From positions 62,001-102,602 of the forward strand of contig NOWV01000231.1 in assembly GCA_003344405.1 (NCBI GenBank): a DNA stretch of 40,602 nt. The letters are read 5' to 3'. Origin of the DNA: Trichoplax sp. H2. Its lineage: Eukaryota. Shown in pieces: positions 35,305 through 40,602 of this stretch (the first letter of the stretch is position 1; every line of letters begins with the position of its first letter). The notes under the pieces were generated by a model that saw nothing but the letters and a program-made list of their open reading frames with translations, made no database searches and was not told the origin of the DNA. Position numbers and translations under genes: made by a program.

Positions 35305-38300
35305 ATGGGCCTATTATCCAACGGAACACCATTAACTTGGGATGAGATTAAAGAGTATGTTGCTTCTATTAAAAGCCAAGGAATTCGCCAGTTTATTGCA
35401 ATCTATCATCGATTGCTCAAGCGTCAAAATGACATGCTAAAATGGGGCGATGAGGTAAAAAAAAAATGATCTTGTTGGGATACAGATGTATACGATTCAT
35501 GTCGTTATTCTGCCACAAATGGAAATTGATAAAGTTTCATGATACTTTTATTCATCCAATGAAATAGATTCATTGGTATAAAATACACTGTAGTCTACAC
35601 TTATCATGGACGTAGCGTTTTGATAGTCATGGGTATATTAAGGTTACAAAACTGCTTGAAAATGGACTACCGGTAAAAGAAAACACGCGTATAGACTTGC
35701 ATGCGGATGATTCAGTCGAAAAATAGAACCCTCCTCCCCAACACACACTTCATCGTGATAGCGGAGAGTGGATCAGGATATCAACTTAACATACTTTACT
35801 GTAACTCAAATCAAACATTTCGTTAACGTTCATAGGAGTAATTAATATATTAATAATACTGTATGTATATATGTAAATGAAGATCGATCAAATTCCTATG
35901 CTATTGTTTTTTTGTACTTTAGCGGTTATCGCTCCATTGGATTGAGAATAAATTAATTTCCAGATTACGATAGTATTCTTGCCATATTTTAATTAATATC
36001 AAATAAGAATGGAGAGCATCATCTAGGTTTAATACCCTCCATTAATTTAATTAATATATTAATCTCATACGCACGCTTAAATGAAGATCGCAGAAGTTCA
36101 ATGACATTGTTGTTTTTACCTTCTCGTTTATCGCCAATACTGTATTGTGTAGTCAGTCATGCAGATAGATGGATAAAATAATTCACCCACCCAATATACA
36201 GTACATACAGTAGGTTGCAGCAATATTAGAGCAATAGTTTAGTATCCAATAATATAATCCAATGCTGTAGACGCAAGATCGTACAGCCTTGATCTACATA
36301 CAAAACTGCTCATCAAATTGATTAAAAAAGAAAACTTGAGTCAATCGTGTATTAATTTGCACGTCCACTGTACAATAAATAAATTAAGAACAATAAACAA
36401 TACGAATGGTAGAATCCGCTAGTAACACAATTGTATTCCTGTAACTATATTCTTATTGATTGCTTTTAAATGAAATTGTAGGATTGTTATCAACTTTTCT
36501 TTTATTACATCGTTTTTAAATGTCTCTCAATTTTTTGCCCAAATTTGGTATCTTGTAGATTGAATATATGGTTGTTAAATTTGATCATAAAAATAATACT
36601 GCAAGATTGTACTGCGAAGCCGATCAATATCTTGATGTATTACAAGAATTGGAAAGAGAAAATCCCAGGTAATGGATATTTTTCTATTAGCACGAATAAT
36701 AAATACAGTTGATTTGTGCAAATGTTCAATACATTATACAGTAAACCCCTTTCAAAGGTTGGACTATATGATGATTTTGATGTTGTACTGTATATTGATA
36801 AAAGTGTAAGGAAGTACAGTACATACGTATCGCAGCAATTGTTAATATCACATATACTGTATTGAGGTAGAGAAAATTGCACGTTGTAGTTTTCATTAAT
36901 TTTATTATTTCTGAATATTTTTCAACAAATTGAGTTGGCATACTTTAGCAGATCATTTTTTTTCCACCTCTTCGAGCATTAGTGTTTATAGTAAAATGGA
37001 AGATAACGTATATAATGATATCTAAATTCGTAGTGATAATCGCCTATACTACAGTATTCAATAGGATGATATGGTATGTATTCGTATGTTGATGATAGTA
37101 TGTAAATCACATGTGTACTAATTTTTATTTTTGAATTTTTTTTTTATAACAAATCGGAAATGAGTTAATAAATATCAGTAGATCAATTTATCCTCGTACA
37201 GAGATAGATACGAAATGATGTAATCTCTTCTAGTGTTTGTGGTTGTAGCAAAATATACTTCTGTCGAAATTTCTCAATAATGTTGGACTATTCGTCAGCT
37301 TCCTTCAGATCGTAAATTGTATTGCTAATAGTAATCTAGCCTACTGTAGATATCATAGGTGTACTGTATCGTTAACTAATCAAGCATTGCATCATTAGTT
37401 GATTCTGTTTCAAGCTTGCTTTACATTATATGAAAGTGCTCAATTAACGATATATTTCTACGCCTACCATAAATGTAGGTTAAGATGCAATGCTAGATTA
37501 AACTCGTATTCAACCATTTGCACAAAAAATTGTTTAATTATTTTCCGTTGCAATTATAATTTCTTTGACTATAGCTATTACTATCTTTATGCAATTGACA
37601 GCTTTACTCTTATTACGTTGAACGTTGTTAATCTCGCTATCTGTTTGATAGAAATTAATTCAATAATTGACGCATTTTTGTTACCTTACATAAATATATA
37701 AAATAGCGCCAATCCTACCGCGTGGAGACCGGAGTATGCTAGCTATATGCTGGAAGGTAATTTATCTAATTTATGGTACATCTGAGATGATAATATTCTA
37801 ACATGTAGGCCGCCATTAGTGTTTAGCATAGAACTGGAGTTGCTAAAGTCTATTATTGGATACTCAACAGCTTAATACGAAGCGTATCAGTACATAAGTT
37901 GATGTAGATATCACCGTTTAAATGATATTGCACTTTTTTTTAATTTATTAGCTACACCTGGGCAACCGTATTTAAATGAGCTAACACAAATTAATACCGT
38001 TGAAGCTAATATGAAACGAAGACGTCGTGAAATTACCGAATTACTCCATGAAGATATTATCCCTATGACTCTAACTGCCTTTCCCAGGTCTTTTTTTGCT
38101 ATCACAATATTATATAATATACAGCCATATTTAATTAAGTAAATTTTTCTTAATGATTATCAAGGTATCAGATTGGCAGATTGATTTAGTAATCTTTGCT
38201 TAAACACTGTTTAATTAATTTACCATTCACTAGATTGGGTTGCCCAGATTTTACTCATCCTGTTTACAAACCTGACATAACTGAAAATTCTTCTTCTCGA

Positions 38301-40602
38301 TCTCTCTTTTTCCCAGAGAAAGCTATTAACTCACACCCTCGGTTTAAGTAAGAATGTCTAATTGTAGAAATGATTTTAATTTCGGCGAAGTAGAAGTTTT
38401 TATTTCTTTAAAATTAGGTACTTAACTCGAAATATACGTCTCCGTCGGGGATCTAAAATAGCTATCAATGTGCCAGGTAGATTTCGATAAATGTAGCATC
38501 GTACTTATTGATTAGCTGAAGCAAAGCCCTATATCCCTGTTGATAATAACCATGTATTTTCAATAATTTCAGTGTTTCATGACGTTAATACTCCGAAACC
38601 TTTCGTAGAACATCTCCAGTATGGTGAAGAGGCTGTTGATGGTAAAGAAGATCATATATACTTAGATGCAATGGGGCATGGTATGGGATGTTCTTGTCTG
38701 CAAGTATGTAAATGTTCAGAATATGTGAAAATGATGGATAATATAGTAGCCATTATCGTCCGCTATTCTTAATTTCTGTAAAATTTTTTAATCGTATCAT
38801 TCATTCATTCATGCTATTGACTAGGTGACATTCCAAGCTTGTAGTATTGATGAGGCTAGACTGTTGTATGATCAACTTTGTCCTATATGCCCAATTGTGG
38901 TAAATTAAACATTGCTGTAACTGATATACGGAAGAACACAAGAAAAGTTAATACATAAATATGATGGTCATATATTTATTTAATAATACTTTTGTAGTTG
39001 GCATTATCAGCTGCATCACCTATATATCGTGGCTTCTTGGCTGATGTAGATTGTAGATGGAATATCATTGTAGGTTCTGTCGATGATAGAACTAAAGAAG
39101 AACGCGGTTTAGAAGTAAGAACGAAGTCATATTTCTAAAATTATCTATCTTATGATCTTTCTTAATTAAACTACTACCGCAATATTGGATGATACTACAA
39201 TTACTTATGTTGAATTTTTTCATTGCATATAATAGCCACTTAAAAATAACAAACATCGAATACCGAAGTCTCGATATGATTCTGTAGATTATTATCTGTG
39301 TCCAGAAGGACAAGCATATAACGACATTGAATTAGTTTACGATAAAGAATTTTGTGAGCAGCTAGAGAAGGCTGGTGTGGACTCAATATTAGCTCATCAT
39401 GTTGCTCACTTATTTATCCGCGAACCTGTCTCGGTCTTCAAAGAATTACTAGAACAAGATGATGTAAAAGATTCCGATCACTTTGAGGTAATATTTTATA
39501 ATAGACTACAGTTAAATAACACTGTATGATATCATATTAACATTAAGATAAATAATATATAATATATGCGTATTAAAGATTATAGAGAGTAATCTAATTC
39601 TCAGGTCATATAAATATAATGATTACAATATTTTAAGTGTACAGTACTTATTTTATATATATTTTTTACACCTTCGCTAGAATATACAATCTACAAATTG
39701 GCAAACGATGCGCTTTAAGCCTCCACCACCAAATTCTGATATCGGTTGGAGAGTAGAATTTAGACCATGTGAAGTAAGAAACTTAGATAAAATAGATAAT
39801 GTAAACCAGTAAATAATAGAGTAGAAATAATTTTAACCTAAAAAAAAATAATTAATTCTATTTTAAACTCAAGGTTCAGCTAACGGAATTCGAGAATGCT
39901 GCTTTTGCAGCGTTTATTGTTTTACTAACCCGAGTTATCCTAACATATGGACTAAATTTTTATATGCCAATGTCAAAGGTAAAGTTATTATTACATCAAT
40001 GGACTACTAGTAATTTTTCGTAGTCCATGCTACATCTTTTAACTGTTCCTAAATACTACTATACTGTCTCGCTTCTTATCAATTGATCCAATTAATCGCC
40101 AAAAATGTATTAAATGATAATTTAATCGATAGGTCGATGAAAATATGCAAACAGCACAAAAGAGAGATGCAGTTCGTAATGGCATGTTTTATTTCCGGAA
40201 AGATCTTGGAAAAGGTAAACGATTTCGAATTATGACATATTTAAATAAGTAATAATAGATTTATCATAATTATCATTGGAGATAATATTAATAGAGATAC
40301 CTTTCTGAAATAACATCTAGCACCATCAACTAGTAGCCCACCAGACGAAAGCGAATATGAACTTATGTCGATTAATACGATTATTAACGGGAAGGTATGT
40401 CGATTTCAGTCAGATTGGTTATAGTAGTAATTACAAACTAGTATTTTCGTTAATAGAGTAATAAATATAAAATTTTGAACATATTTTACAGGCTGACGGC
40501 TTTCCTGGTCTTGTTCCTTTGATAAATGACTATTTGGCTAATTTATCTATTGATTTTAACACTCGGTGCTCATTATATAGATATTTATCGTTAATTCAAA
40601 AG
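35305..40602 (+). CDS. GCLC: Glutamate-cysteine ligase catalytic subunit (3' part beyond the window)
   Basis: Exons 35305-35454, 36559-36668, 37707-37756, 37952-38087, 38234-38347, 38418-38476, 38573-38703, 38825-38899, 38998-39114, 39236-39487, 39681-39773, 39874-39978, 40133-40214, 40321-40394, 40492-end. Motifs [61 protein letters not shown] and [32 protein letters not shown]. Confidence 0.97.
35840..36140. repeat. Diverged direct repeat, offset about 205 bp, in GCLC intron 1
   Basis: AATTAATATATTAAT, AAATGAAGATCG (35875 and 36079), ATTGTT.TTTT and TTATCGC are shared. Confidence 0.7.

Noticed and set aside
36640..37701. ORFs 36640-36882, 36726-36941 and 37399-37701 in GCLC introns
   Set aside because: Low-complexity AT-rich intronic frames with no domain signal.

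Overview
AT-rich, compact, intron-dense eukaryotic (animal) genomic DNA. Most introns are 70-150 nt. The style fits a placozoan such as Trichoplax, but this is inferred from composition and gene structure and is not verified. I spliced seven conserved genes by hand: Rab32/38 (-), copper chaperone CCS (+), FAM8A1 (-), IFT-A subunit WDR35/IFT121 (-, about 36 exons), PDCD2L (+), RFC1 (-) and GCLC (+, runs off the right edge). The start of an eighth, unidentified gene (-) may lie at the left edge. No prokaryotic system, CRISPR array, tRNA or rRNA is visible, and I found no clear multi-gene novel system. The most notable observations are: (1) an intron-spanning tandem duplication in RFC1 that made a new chimeric exon and a new intron; (2) a CCS whose SOD-like domain lacks several Zn/Cu ligands; (3) a probable in-frame, stop-free GC-AG intron in PDCD2L; (4) many 120-230 bp tandem duplications of different ages in promoters and 5' introns, including a composite array plus hairpin next to the CCS promoter; (5) candidate RFX X-boxes and a candidate Nrf2-type ARE; (6) a possible decayed LINE fragment.
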